Source of the DNA: an uncultured Acidobacteriota bacterium
Lineage (GTDB): Bacteria > Acidobacteriota > Thermoanaerobaculia > Gp7-AA8
Reading direction: 5' to 3'
DNA length: 64,000 nucleotides
NCBI GenBank assembly: GCA_963822445.1
Contig: CAWGHO010000002.1
Coordinates: 128,001-192,000, forward strand
Shown here: positions 28,283 to 39,073 of the stretch, piece by piece
How positions within the stretch are numbered: position 1 is the stretch's first letter
How the letters are laid out: the number at the start of each line of letters is the position of its first letter
Notes under the pieces: model-generated
The model's database searches: none
Told to the model about the DNA's origin: nothing
What the model saw: the letters and a program-made list of their open reading frames with translations, nothing else
Position numbers and translations under genes: made by a program

Positions 28283-28330
28283 GGCCGGCGCGACGCCGGC
28301 GGACCAGCCGGCGAGGACGCCGGCGCTCCA
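28283..28330 (-). repeat. REP family 1, copy 4 (dispersed)
   Basis: Reverse complement TGGAGCGCCGGCGTCCTCGCCGGCTGGTCCGCCGGCGTCGCGCCGGCC is nearly identical to copy 3. Confidence 0.88.
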
Positions 28331-28338
28331 CGGTCAAC

Positions 28339-28367
28339 AAAAAAGCCCGGCGAGCGCCGGGCTTTTT
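28339..28367. terminator. Intrinsic terminator (bidirectional form)
   Basis: AAAAAA-GCCCGGC-GAGC-GCCGGGC-TTTTT, downstream of the 28393-30009 gene. Confidence 0.85.
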
Positions 28368-28392
28368 CGTTCTCCGCAAAACGAGTCGAAGG

Positions 28393-30009
28393 TCAGGGCT
28401 GGGGATTGTTGTTTTGTACGTAGAAGTCGACCGAGCCGATCTCCGTGCGCGTGCCCTGCGCGTCCACGGTGCGCGCGGTCAGGCGGTGGCGAGCGTTGGA
28501 GAGGCGGCGCGTGTCCATCGTGAACATCCAGCCCGAGGTGCGCGAGCCGGTGATGAAGGGGAAGACGTCTTCGATGTCGGTGCGCGGGAACCCGTAGGTC
28601 GCCGTTCCGACGTAGTTGCCGTCGATCACGAGCTCCACGGCGATCAGGCGCTCGGTGTTCGCCGGAATCAGCGCCCATCCGCGGAACGTGACGTCGCCGC
28701 CGACGTAGTCGAACGAGTTCGGGAACTCGATGAAGCCGGTGCCCGGAACGTCGAGACCGCCCTCGGTGCACTGGAAGGAAACGGGGAGCCCGTCGCGGTT
28801 CGGGAGATCGGCGAACGTCTGCTCGCGATCGCCGACGCGCACGGTCAGGAAGTGCGGTCCCGGGCGGACGCCCAGAAGCATGAGCGCGCCGACGTCGAGG
28901 GTGAACAGGAATCCGGCGCGCGGCGCGTCGGGGAAGTTCGGGTAGTAGCGGGCCACGTCGTAACGCGGCAGTCCGTAGCAGTTGGCGAAGCGGCCGAGGC
29001 CGTTCACGCCGCAGTCGTTGGCGGTGTTGATCCACTCCACGCCGTCGATCAGCAGCGAGGCATACGCGACGCGTCCAACGTCGCGGCGGGTGCCGAGGTC
29101 GAGGGCCCAGCCGCGGACGGCGATGAGGTGCGCCTGGGGGCGCGCCGGCGGCGAGACCAGAATCGGATCGTCATCGATGCCGTCGCAGTTCGTTCCGAAC
29201 AGGACCGCGTCGCGCTGCGGCTCGTCGATGTAACCGAAGGGCCGCAGGAACTGATCGTTGTTGATGACCTGAATCTGACGGCTGCCGATCCGCTGGGACA
29301 TGCCCTTGCGGTCCACGGCGCGGACGGTCAGCAGATGGACACCGTTCTGCACGCGGGTCGTGTCGACGTTCGCCACGTATCCGCTGTAAAGCGCACCGGT
29401 GAAATCGGGGAACGACGTGCCGACGTCAGGCCGCGGGTCGCCGTGAAGCGCGCCCTGCATGATCTGGTCGTCGATCAGGATCTCGATCCGGTCGATTCCG
29501 TCGATGTCGGCGGCCCAGCCCGAGACGGGGAAGGCGCCGGCGGCGTTGTGAATCGGGCCGGCGTTGGGGATGTCGACGAAGCCGAACGGCGCCTGGTTCA
29601 CGCTGTTATTGATGTTGATCGTGCGGCGGCCGAGCGAGGTGACGTCGCCTTTGCTCGAGTAAGCGCGCATCTCGACGGTATGAGGTCCGTTCGGGAAGCG
29701 GTTCGCCGAGAAGCCGGTGATGAACCCCGGCCGGGCCACGTGGATGCCGGGGTAGTCCGGATAGGCCTCCACGATGTCGATGCGCGGCAGGAACATGACC
29801 GCGTCGTGCTGGTACTGGTCATCGACCCAGAGCTCCATCTTCGAGAGGGAGTTCGGATCGAGAGCCCAGCCCTGGACCAGGACCATTCCGGACTGAACGC
29901 GCGTCGGATCCGGTAGCTCGAGATCGCCGACGAAGTCCTGTGCAAAGAGTGCAGGCGCCAAAAGCGCGAGCAAGGTGAGAATCAGGCCGCGGGTAACCCA
30001 TCTCCACAT
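28393..30009 (-). CDS. Secreted protein with four tandem Ig-like repeats
   Basis: GGAGG RBS before ATG 30009; signal peptide; four repeats of GWAxD...RxDV..YP...GF...NGxHxLTVR. Confidence 0.8.
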   Translation of the reverse strand: MWRWVTRGLILTLLALLAPALFAQDFVGDLELPDPTRVQSGMVLVQGWALDPNSLSKMELWVDDQYQHDAVMFLPRIDIVEAYPDYPGIHVARPGFITGFSANRFPNGPHTVEMRAYSSKGDVTSLGRRTININNSVNQAPFGFVDIPNAGPIHNAAGAFPVSGWAADIDGIDRIEILIDDQIMQGALHGDPRPDVGTSFPDFTGALYSGYVANVDTTRVQNGVHLLTVRAVDRKGMSQRIGSRQIQVINNDQFLRPFGYIDEPQRDAVLFGTNCDGIDDDPILVSPPARPQAHLIAVRGWALDLGTRRDVGRVAYASLLIDGVEWINTANDCGVNGLGRFANCYGLPRYDVARYYPNFPDAPRAGFLFTLDVGALMLLGVRPGPHFLTVRVGDREQTFADLPNRDGLPVSFQCTEGGLDVPGTGFIEFPNSFDYVGGDVTFRGWALIPANTERLIAVELVIDGNYVGTATYGFPRTDIEDVFPFITGSRTSGWMFTMDTRRLSNARHRLTARTVDAQGTRTEIGSVDFYVQNNNPQP

Positions 30010-30087
30010 AACCCCAACCTCCAACCCGAGTGTGCCTAACTGTCCGGCGTAAATTTAAATAATCGACAGGAGTTTATACTACCGCGG

Positions 30088-31110
30088 GTGAGTTCGCCAA
30101 ACGTCAACGCCACAATCGACTTAGCCGACATTCGCTCTGCCGGCGCCCGCATCGGGCCCTACGTCCACCGCACCCCGCTCCTGGCCAGCCGTTCCCTGTC
30201 CGAGCGCCTCGGCGTGGAAGTGCGCCTCAAGTGCGAGAACCTCCAGCGCGCGGGCTCGTTCAAGATCCGTGGGGCGATGAACGCGCTGCTGCAGGTCGAT
30301 GAGGCCCACCGTTCTCGCGGGGTGGTGGCCTTCTCCTCCGGCAATCACGCTCAGGGTGTGGCCCTGGCGGCGCGGCTCCTGGGCATGACCGCGACGATCG
30401 TCATGCCCGAGAACTCCGTGCGGACAAAGGTCGACGCTACAAAGGCTTACGGCGCGACGGTCGTCCAGGGCGGCGTCACCGCGGCGACGCGGGACACGGT
30501 CGCGCGCGAGATCGCCGAGAAGACCGGCGCGACCGTGATCCCCCCGTTCGACGACGAGCGGATCATCGCCGGCGCGGGCACGGTCGGGCTGGAGATCGTC
30601 GAGGAGTGGCCGGAGGTCAGCACGATCGTCGTCCCGCTGGGCGGCGGCGGGTTGTTGTCCGGGGTGGCGCTGGCGGCCGCCGGTGTGGTGCAGGCCTCCG
30701 GCCTGCCTTTGGGCGGGGGACACGAGAGGCAGGCCGGAGGCCTGCACCACACCCGGATCGATGTCTACGGCGTCGAGCCGGCCGCCGGCAACGACGGCGA
30801 GCAATCCTTCAAAACCGGCAAAATCGTCAACATCGATCCTCCCAACACCATCGCCGACGGCGCCCGGACCCTGGCCATCGGCACCCGGAACTTCGCCGTG
30901 ATCCGGGAGCACGTCCGGGACGTGGTCAGCGTCGACGACGACGTCCTCCTCGAAACCGTGAAGTGGACGATGTACCGCACCAAGATGGTCATCGAGCCGA
31001 CCGGTGCGCTGGGTGTCGCGGCGCTGATCGACGGAAAGATCAAGCCGCGAGGCCCCGTGGCGATCGTGATCAGCGGCGGGAACCTCGACTTCTCGCTCCT
31101 CTGCCGATGA
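30088..31110 (+). CDS. PLP-dependent threonine/serine dehydratase (serine racemase-like)
   Basis: KCENLQRAGSFKIRGA, SSGNHAQG, PLGGGGL, EPTGA and ISGGN motifs; carries a 24-aa palindrome-derived insert. Confidence 0.93.
   Translation: MSSPNVNATIDLADIRSAGARIGPYVHRTPLLASRSLSERLGVEVRLKCENLQRAGSFKIRGAMNALLQVDEAHRSRGVVAFSSGNHAQGVALAARLLGMTATIVMPENSVRTKVDATKAYGATVVQGGVTAATRDTVAREIAEKTGATVIPPFDDERIIAGAGTVGLEIVEEWPEVSTIVVPLGGGGLLSGVALAAAGVVQASGLPLGGGHERQAGGLHHTRIDVYGVEPAAGNDGEQSFKTGKIVNIDPPNTIADGARTLAIGTRNFAVIREHVRDVVSVDDDVLLETVKWTMYRTKMVIEPTGALGVAALIDGKIKPRGPVAIVISGGNLDFSLLCR
30682..30753. repeat. REP family 3 doublet inserted in frame in the dehydratase gene
   Basis: Perfect 27-bp inverted arms GGTGTGGTGCAGGCCTCCGGCCTGCCT; 72 bp total, starting on a codon boundary. 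Confidence 0.88.
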
Positions 31111-32435
31111 GCGGCTCTCTCTTCGGGGACGACGACTTCGCCCCACTGACCACGCCGCCCGACGCCCCGCTGCCGGAGCGTCTCCGTCCGAAATCGCTCG
31201 AGGACATCGTCGGACTGGAGGACCTCCTCGGCGAAAAGCGCTTCCTGCGCAACGCCATCGAGACCGATCGCATCCCGTCGATGATCTTCTGGGGACCGCC
31301 GGGATCGGGCAAGACCACGCTGGCGCGGATCATCGCCAAGACCACGCGGGCGCGATTCGTCACCTTCTCCGCAACCTCCACCGGAATCAAGGAAATCAAG
31401 ACGTTAATGGAAGAGGCGCGGAAGTCGCGGCAGGCTCGCGGCTCCAAGACCATTGTCTTCATCGACGAGATCCATCGCTTCAACAAAGCGCAGCAGGACG
31501 CGTTTCTGCCGTACGTCGAGGCCGGCGACATCATCCTCATCGGCGCGACCACCGAGAATCCGTCCTTCGAGGTGAACTCCGCGCTCCTGTCGCGGTCGAA
31601 GGTCGTGGTGATCCCTGCTCTGGAGCGCGAGCAGGTCATGACCATTCTTCACCGCGCCGTGGCCGATCCGAGCGTGCAGAAGTTCGGCATCGAGCTGACC
31701 GGCGAGGCACTCGACTTCATCGCCGCGACCTCAGGCGGCGACGCGCGGCAGGCCCTGACCAGCCTGCAACTGGTGATCGAGACCGCGTCGAAGGAAGACA
31801 GCCCGATCGGCGCGCAGAAGGTCACGGAGATCCTCCAGCGCCGCTCGCTGATGTACGACAAAGGCGGCGAAGAGCACTACAACATCATCTCCGCGCTCCA
31901 CAAATCGCTGCGGAACGGCGACGCCGATGCGTCGGTGTACTGGCTGGTACGCATGCTCGAAGGCGGCGAAGATCCGATGTACATCGCCCGCCGGCTCGTG
32001 CGCGCCGCCTCCGAAGACATTGGCAATGCCGATCCGCAGGCGCTCGTATTCGCGATCGCCGTGAAAGAGACCGTGCACTTCCTGGGGATGCCCGAAGCGG
32101 GTGTTGCCTTGGCGCAGCTCGTCACCTATCTCGCCGCATCGCCGAAATCGAATGCCGCGTACGTCGGCTACGGCGAGGCCGTGCGCGAAGTGCGGCAGGG
32201 GGACAATCCCGGCGTGCCGCTCCACATCCGCAACGCGCCGACCAAGCTGATGAAAGACATCGGCTACGGCAGCGGCTACAAGTACGCGCACGATTTCGAG
32301 GAGCAGACCGCGGCCATGGAATGCCTGCCCGAAGCGTTGGCCGGACGCCGCTTCTACGAGCCGAAAGACGTCGGCGCGGAAGCGGAGATCAGGAAGCGGC
32401 TGGAGAAGATGAAGAAGGCGCGCCGCTCAGACTGA
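31107..32435 (+). CDS. rarA: Replication-associated recombination protein A (MgsA)
   Basis: Start ATG 31107; GPPGSGKTT, DEIHRFNKAQQD, ISALHKS and SEDIGNADP motifs. Confidence 0.96.
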   Translation: MSGSLFGDDDFAPLTTPPDAPLPERLRPKSLEDIVGLEDLLGEKRFLRNAIETDRIPSMIFWGPPGSGKTTLARIIAKTTRARFVTFSATSTGIKEIKTLMEEARKSRQARGSKTIVFIDEIHRFNKAQQDAFLPYVEAGDIILIGATTENPSFEVNSALLSRSKVVVIPALEREQVMTILHRAVADPSVQKFGIELTGEALDFIAATSGGDARQALTSLQLVIETASKEDSPIGAQKVTEILQRRSLMYDKGGEEHYNIISALHKSLRNGDADASVYWLVRMLEGGEDPMYIARRLVRAASEDIGNADPQALVFAIAVKETVHFLGMPEAGVALAQLVTYLAASPKSNAAYVGYGEAVREVRQGDNPGVPLHIRNAPTKLMKDIGYGSGYKYAHDFEEQTAAMECLPEALAGRRFYEPKDVGAEAEIRKRLEKMKKARRSD

Positions 32436-32826
32436 CGCTGGCCCGCTTGATCGGCGTCGGCTTCCGGTCCTCGCCCAGGTTCACGTAAACCACGATCGCT
32501 TCGGTCACCGTGACCCGTTCCGTCGCATCGGTCGCGCGAATGGCCTCGACCACGACTTTGGTCGTGATCGAGGTCTTTCCGATGCGCACGGTCTCGGTCC
32601 AGAAGCTCACCAGGTCGCCGACGAAGACAGGCTCGTGAAATACGACCTTGTCCATCGACACGCTGACCAGGAGCTGGCAACCCTGCCGGCGCGCTTCGAT
32701 CGCGCCGGCCTGGTCGATGTACGAAAGAATCACGCCGCCGAAGATGGTGCCGTGCGCGTTGGTGTCGCGCGGCATCATCAGCACGCGGATCGCGGGCTCA
32801 TCCCATTTGGTGGGAACTTCCGTCAA
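32389..32826 (-). CDS. Acyl-CoA thioesterase (hotdog fold, YciA-like)
   Basis: MPRDTNAHGTIFGG, DQAG, PVFVGDLV and GKTSI motifs; TTG start overlaps the upstream stop. Confidence 0.9.
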   Translation of the reverse strand: MTEVPTKWDEPAIRVLMMPRDTNAHGTIFGGVILSYIDQAGAIEARRQGCQLLVSVSMDKVVFHEPVFVGDLVSFWTETVRIGKTSITTKVVVEAIRATDATERVTVTEAIVVYVNLGEDRKPTPIKRASVSLSGAPSSSSPAAS

Positions 32827-34784
32827 AACGACGCCTGCTGCTGCTCCGCCGGCGGCTCGAGGATCGTGTCGTTGATCTCCACCTTCGAGTCCTTGCGAAG
32901 CCGCTGCACGAGCGACGAGCGCAGGCTGCGGGACTGCTGCTGCCGGAGCGTGTCGACGTACTGTGCGCGATTCGTTTTCAGCTCGTCCGCGGTGACCTTC
33001 TTCTGCTCGAGCACTTCGAAGACCACCGCGCCGTCGGCGACAGTGATCGGACCCTGCAGCCCGCCCACTTTGCCCGCGATCGCGGCTTCGATGAGTGCCG
33101 AAGCGTCGCCGTTGATGCCGGCGACCGGACCCTGGCGGTTGGCCGTACCTTCGCGAGCGGCCGTTCCGGCCTTCTGCGCGACCTGGTCGAGCGTCGTCGC
33201 GCCGGCCATCATCGTTCCGAGGGTCGACTTCACCGCGTCGCGCGCCTTCTGCAGCTTGAGGTCCTGGGCAACCTTCTCTTTGACTTCCGAGAGCGGCGAG
33301 ATGCCCGCGGGACGGACCTTCTCGACGAAGACGATGGCCGGACCGCGGCTGGTGCCGATCGGCTGGCTGACATCGTTGGGCTTGGCCGCGAACGCCCACT
33401 CGACGAGCGGCGGGTTGTTGCCGATGCCGCTGATCTGCTCGCTCTTGCCGAACCAGCCGCTGTCGTTCGACGTCACGTTCGCCGTCGCCAGCGCGATGAA
33501 CTCCTGCACGTTCGCCGGCTTCTTGCTCTTGATGTTCAAGCCGATGCGGTTGATCTCGTTGCGGGCCTGCTCTTTGGCCAGATCGGCCGCGCCGCGAACC
33601 ATCAGTTCCGGCTTCACTTCCTCGAACGAGCGGTAGCCCGCCGGACGGCGCTCGCTGACGCGAACGATGTGATAGCCGAAATCGGCCGAGCGGATCGGAT
33701 CGCTGACCGTGTTCAGCGGCAGGGAGAAGATCGCGCTCTCGAACTCCGGAACGGTCACTCCCCGCTCGACGAAGCCCATGTCGCCGCCCATGGAGGACGA
33801 CGACGGATCATCCGAGTTCGCACGCGCGAGGACGCCGAAGTCCGCGCCGCCGCGAATCTGCTGCACGATGCCCTGGGCCTTCGCCCGCGCGGCCGCGTCG
33901 ACTTCCGGCGCTGCACCCGGATCGACCTTCACCAGGATGTGCTGAACGCGCGCGGCGTCCTGCGTTTTGTACTGCTCGCGATTGTCGCTGTAGAACTTGC
34001 GGAGGTTCTCGTCGCTCGGCGTGATCTGCGCGCGGAGCTTGTTGTGGTCCGCGAGAAGGTAGCGAATGCTGCGCTGTTCGCCGTGCGTGTATTTGGACTG
34101 GTTCTTCTGGTAGTAGTCGGCGACTTCCGCGTCGGACACGGTCATCGTCGCCGCCTGCTGCGAAGCGGGCAGCAGCACGTACCGGATCTTGGCGTTCTCG
34201 TTCATCCGCTTGTACTCGGCATCCGCCGCTTTCGGCGAGATGACGATCGAGCTGGTGAGCGCGCTCTCGATCTTGCCCACGGTGATCTCGCGAGCGAGGT
34301 CGGATTCGAAGTCGGCCGCGCTGGCGTAGCCGAGGGGGCCGGTGACGTAGCGGGTGTAGAGCTCCATGCCGACGAACTTGCCGTCCTGGAGGAAGGTGGG
34401 CATGGTCAGGAGCTTGCGGCGGACTTCTTCCGGCGTCGCGGTCAGGTTCAGCCGCTCGGCCTCCTGGGCCATGAGCGCGCGATCGACGAGCGAGTTCAGC
34501 ACCTGCCGGGGAAGGCCCATCTGCTGCGCCATCTGCGGCGTCCACTGCGCGCCGTACATCTGCTTGTAGACGCCCTCGTAGTTCTTGAGGGCGCGGTAGT
34601 AATCGTTGTAGGTGATCGTCTCGCCGTTGACGCGCGCGGCGAAGACGCGGTTGTCGTTCGGGTTGTTACCCATCGCCCCGCTGAGGCCCATGTCCAGGAA
34701 GACGAACCCGAACACGAACGCCACCACGACGGCGAGGAGAATCCATTTGAGCTTGTGAAAGCTGTCCCGCATTGACTTGAGCAT
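32823..34784 (-). CDS. ppiD: PpiD/SurA-family periplasmic chaperone, peptidyl-prolyl isomerase
   Basis: N-terminal TM segment, SurA_N domain and parvulin motifs HILVK...FGVLARANSDD...GGDMG...FGYHIV. Confidence 0.88.
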   Translation of the reverse strand: MLKSMRDSFHKLKWILLAVVVAFVFGFVFLDMGLSGAMGNNPNDNRVFAARVNGETITYNDYYRALKNYEGVYKQMYGAQWTPQMAQQMGLPRQVLNSLVDRALMAQEAERLNLTATPEEVRRKLLTMPTFLQDGKFVGMELYTRYVTGPLGYASAADFESDLAREITVGKIESALTSSIVISPKAADAEYKRMNENAKIRYVLLPASQQAATMTVSDAEVADYYQKNQSKYTHGEQRSIRYLLADHNKLRAQITPSDENLRKFYSDNREQYKTQDAARVQHILVKVDPGAAPEVDAAARAKAQGIVQQIRGGADFGVLARANSDDPSSSSMGGDMGFVERGVTVPEFESAIFSLPLNTVSDPIRSADFGYHIVRVSERRPAGYRSFEEVKPELMVRGAADLAKEQARNEINRIGLNIKSKKPANVQEFIALATANVTSNDSGWFGKSEQISGIGNNPPLVEWAFAAKPNDVSQPIGTSRGPAIVFVEKVRPAGISPLSEVKEKVAQDLKLQKARDAVKSTLGTMMAGATTLDQVAQKAGTAAREGTANRQGPVAGINGDASALIEAAIAGKVGGLQGPITVADGAVVFEVLEQKKVTADELKTNRAQYVDTLRQQQSRSLRSSLVQRLRKDSKVEINDTILEPPAEQQQASF

Positions 34785-34907
34785 TGAAAAACTACCTTTC
34801 GGACGCCGGGAACCCGGTGCGAAGTTGCAGAAAAAGCGCGGCAGTTTACCTATTCCCGCCACGCACGCCAAACCCATTCAATGCGTTACACTTCCACCGC
34901 CGTCCCG

Positions 34908-36347
34908 ATGGCCAGTAAAAAGAGACAAAGCTCCTCGGCAGAGATCGATTGGTATCTGATCTCCATCGACCGTCTGAAGCAGATCGGACTGGTCCTCCTC
35001 CTCATTCTCCTCGGCGGCGCCGGCTACTGGTTCTGGGAGAGTCAGAAGGGCAGCCCGAAGGCCAATGCAGAGTCCGCGATCGCTGAGGCCCGGCAGTCGC
35101 TGAACCTGCTGGCCAGCTCGCCCGAGTACAACACGCGGCGGATGGAGTTCAACCGGGCCCAGCAGAAGCTCGACGAAGCAAACACACACCTCGCCGCGTC
35201 GCGATTCACCGAAGCGCAGGGCGCCGCCGTCGAATCGCACACCATCAGCCGGGCCGCGCTCAGCGGAACGCAGGATGTCGAAAACGACGCGCAGTTCCTG
35301 GCCGTCGAAGGCGACGTCAAGTTTCAGAAAGGCGCTTCCGGCGACTGGAAAGACGCCGAATCGCGGACGCCGCTCTTCAATGGCGACTGGGTGAAGACCG
35401 GCAGTCGCGCCTCCGCGGAGCTGATGTTCTCGAACGGCACGTTGTACACGGTCGGGCCGAGCGCGCTCCTCGAGATCTACTCGGCCGTCGCGCCGGGCAC
35501 CGCCGAAAAGACGAATGCCGTCACGATGCAGGTCGGGTCGGTCGAAGTCGAGACGACTGACGAGACTTCCACGGTCCGCACCCCGGGAACGCATGTGGTC
35601 GTCGATTCGAAGTCGATGACGCAAGTCGAAGTCGACGAAGCGTCGAAGAAGACTGACGTCACCAGCGCCCGGGGCGCGGCCTCGGTTTCTCCGGCCTCGG
35701 GCGGAGCGGCGATCCGTCTCGGCGCCGGCGAGCGCGTCAGCGCTTCGGAGCAGGGCGCGCTGACCGCGGTCAAGAAGCTCTCTCCTTCCCCCGCTCTCCT
35801 TTCGCCCGGCGACAACCAGGTCCTCCAGCTCTCGAACGATCTCCAGGTCGAGATGATCTGGGAGGCGCAGCCCACCGCAACCGGCTATCAGCTGCAGGTC
35901 TCCCGCTCCCGCCTGTTCTCGACGCAGGAGATCAACTCCCGCCGCCAGAAGACCTCGGCGAAAGCGAAGATCACCGAGCAGGGGGGCTTCTTCTGGCGCG
36001 TGGCCTCGATCGGGCCGGACGGCGAGATCGGTCCCTTCTCCGTTCCGCGGCGTTTCCGCGTCATCGGCGGCGGCACGGCCAAGGACGGCGGGGACAAGAC
36101 TCCGCCGCAGCTCGCGCTCAAGAATCCCTTCCCGCTGGGCGGCGTGTTCTTCACCATCGCCGGCGTCACCGAGCCGGGAGCGTCGGTCTTCATCAATGAA
36201 GAGGAAGCGGACGTCGATTCGAAGGGCGCGTTCCAGAAGGTGATGAGCTTCGGAAGGGTCGGCCGCAACGACGTGGTGGTGAAGGCCATCGATGCGGCGG
36301 GCAATCAGACGATACAATCGCAGACCGTTGTTGTTGCTGAAGAGTAG
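34908..36347 (+). CDS. Membrane-anchored FecR-domain protein with FN3/Ig-like C-terminus
   Basis: TM segment, helical linker, LFNGDWVKTGSRASAELMFSNGT (FecR), YQLQVS...FFWRVASI (FN3) and VKAIDAAGN (Ig). Confidence 0.78.
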   Translation: MASKKRQSSSAEIDWYLISIDRLKQIGLVLLLILLGGAGYWFWESQKGSPKANAESAIAEARQSLNLLASSPEYNTRRMEFNRAQQKLDEANTHLAASRFTEAQGAAVESHTISRAALSGTQDVENDAQFLAVEGDVKFQKGASGDWKDAESRTPLFNGDWVKTGSRASAELMFSNGTLYTVGPSALLEIYSAVAPGTAEKTNAVTMQVGSVEVETTDETSTVRTPGTHVVVDSKSMTQVEVDEASKKTDVTSARGAASVSPASGGAAIRLGAGERVSASEQGALTAVKKLSPSPALLSPGDNQVLQLSNDLQVEMIWEAQPTATGYQLQVSRSRLFSTQEINSRRQKTSAKAKITEQGGFFWRVASIGPDGEIGPFSVPRRFRVIGGGTAKDGGDKTPPQLALKNPFPLGGVFFTIAGVTEPGASVFINEEEADVDSKGAFQKVMSFGRVGRNDVVVKAIDAAGNQTIQSQTVVVAEE

Positions 36348-37490
<1,143 letters not shown>

Positions 37491-37491
37491 T

Positions 37492-37568
37492 GGTTACGAG
37501 GTTGCGGGGTTACGAGGTTACGGGGGAGTTCTTCACCTCGTAACCCCGCAACCTCGTAACCTCGCAAC
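37492..37568. repeat. Tandem-unit inverted repeat, 8-nt unit GGTTACGA
   Basis: ggttacga ggttgcgg ggttacga ggttacgg, 10-nt spacer, then cctcgtaa ccccgcaa cctcgtaa cctcgcaa; begins 1 nt after the mreB stop. Confidence 0.92.
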
Positions 37569-37613
37569 GACACACCACGTGGCCCAAAACCTGCTCAGGT
37601 CCACCCTCGAAAC

Positions 37614-38474
37614 ATGGCAGTCCCGACCGACGTAATCCCACGCCGACCTACGTTGCTGTTCATCCTCGTGCTCGGAGGATTGTTCATCCTCATGAGCCTG
37701 AGCAGCCGCACGCGCTATGTCGGCGAGACGCGCACTCTCGCCGAGCGCACGGTCATGACCATCTTCTCGCCCGTGCCGAAGCTGGTGAACGTCGTCGGCG
37801 GCACGACCAAGGACATGTACCACGGCTATCTGGACATGCGCCGGGCGGTGAATGAGAACGTCGACCTCCGCCGGAAAGTGGCTTCGCTCACCACCGAGAA
37901 CCTCAAGCTCCGGCAGTCCGAGGGAGATCTTCGGCGCATGCGCAGCCTGCTCGCGTACTCCGAGCAGTTCAACATGCAGACGTCGATGGCCCAGACGATC
38001 ATGCTGGACACGGCCGGCCGCTTCAAATCGATCATCATCGACCGCGGCTCGGCGGACGGCGTGGAAGTGAACGACGTCATCGCCAACGCCAACGGCCTGA
38101 TCGGCCGCGTCGTCCTGACCACGAACGATCTCGCCAAAGTGCAGCTCGTCACCGACAACAACTGCGCGGTCGGCGCGCTCGTCGAGCGCACGCGCCGCCA
38201 AGGGGTCGTTCGCGGCAACGGCACGAACGCCATTCACATGTTCGACATCCCCTCGCTGGCAGACGTGCAGGCCGGCGATCGCGTGCTCACCGCGGGCATC
38301 GACGGCATCTATCCCAAAGGCATCCCCGTCGGCGTGATCACCAAAGCCGAGGCCGGGCAGTCGTTGTTCAAGACCATCCAGGTGAAGTCGGCGGTCGACT
38401 TCGGGACCGTGGAGGAAGTGATCGTGATCCACACCCGCAAAGTGCCGCCGGCAGTGGTGAGGTACGCGCCATGA
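37614..38474 (+). CDS. mreC: Rod shape-determining protein MreC
   Basis: TM plus coiled coil, IDRGSADGV, GLIGRV and GIYPKGIPVG motifs; operon position. Confidence 0.95.
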   Translation: MAVPTDVIPRRPTLLFILVLGGLFILMSLSSRTRYVGETRTLAERTVMTIFSPVPKLVNVVGGTTKDMYHGYLDMRRAVNENVDLRRKVASLTTENLKLRQSEGDLRRMRSLLAYSEQFNMQTSMAQTIMLDTAGRFKSIIIDRGSADGVEVNDVIANANGLIGRVVLTTNDLAKVQLVTDNNCAVGALVERTRRQGVVRGNGTNAIHMFDIPSLADVQAGDRVLTAGIDGIYPKGIPVGVITKAEAGQSLFKTIQVKSAVDFGTVEEVIVIHTRKVPPAVVRYAP

Positions 38475-38977
38475 GATGGCTCCGGTTCGCCATCGGCCTG
38501 CTCCTCGCCCTCACCCTGCACTCGCTCCTCGACAGCTTCTATCCGAACGCTCTGGCGTTCTTCAATCCGTACATCATCCTGGTCGCCTACTACTCGATGG
38601 GCGGGAACATCGTCGGCGCGATCTTCGCCGGCATCGCCGCCGGATTCGTTCAGGACGCTTTCTCGAACGCGATGTTCGGCCTGCACGCCTTCGCGCTCAC
38701 GGTTTGCGCGTACGTGATCGCATACATCAACGCCCGGCTCTCGCTCCGCGGCGTCCTGGCCTTCGGCGCCTGCCTCGGCGGCGCGGTCATCGTCAACGAG
38801 CTCGTCATCTACGTCCTGGTGAACATTCTTGTGAAACAGAAGATCGAGATGTTCGAACAGGCGCTTCTCGTGAAAGTGATCTTCACCCTGTTGTTCGGGA
38901 TGTTCGTGTATCAGTTGTTGACACTGTTCTTACGTGAAGAGCCGATCGAAGCGACTCGACGGCAGGCTACGTGGTGA
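38471..38977 (+). CDS. mreD: Rod shape-determining protein MreD
   Basis: Polytopic membrane protein with GFVQD...FGLHA; follows mreC. Confidence 0.9.
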   Translation: MRWLRFAIGLLLALTLHSLLDSFYPNALAFFNPYIILVAYYSMGGNIVGAIFAGIAAGFVQDAFSNAMFGLHAFALTVCAYVIAYINARLSLRGVLAFGACLGGAVIVNELVIYVLVNILVKQKIEMFEQALLVKVIFTLLFGMFVYQLLTLFLREEPIEATRRQATW

Positions 38978-38980
38978 TTG

Positions 38981-39068
38981 GTTGCTGAGTTGCTAGGTTG
39001 CTGAGTTGCTGGGTCCCACCGCCCGGCTCGACACCCAGCAACTCAGCAACTCAGCAACCCAGGAACCC
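38981..39068. repeat. Tandem-unit inverted repeat, 8-nt unit GTTGCTGA
   Basis: gttgctga gttgctag gttgctga gttgctgg, 18-nt spacer, then acccagca actcagca actcagca acccagga; fills the mreD-mrdA gap. Confidence 0.92.
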
Positions 39069-39073
39069 CAAAA

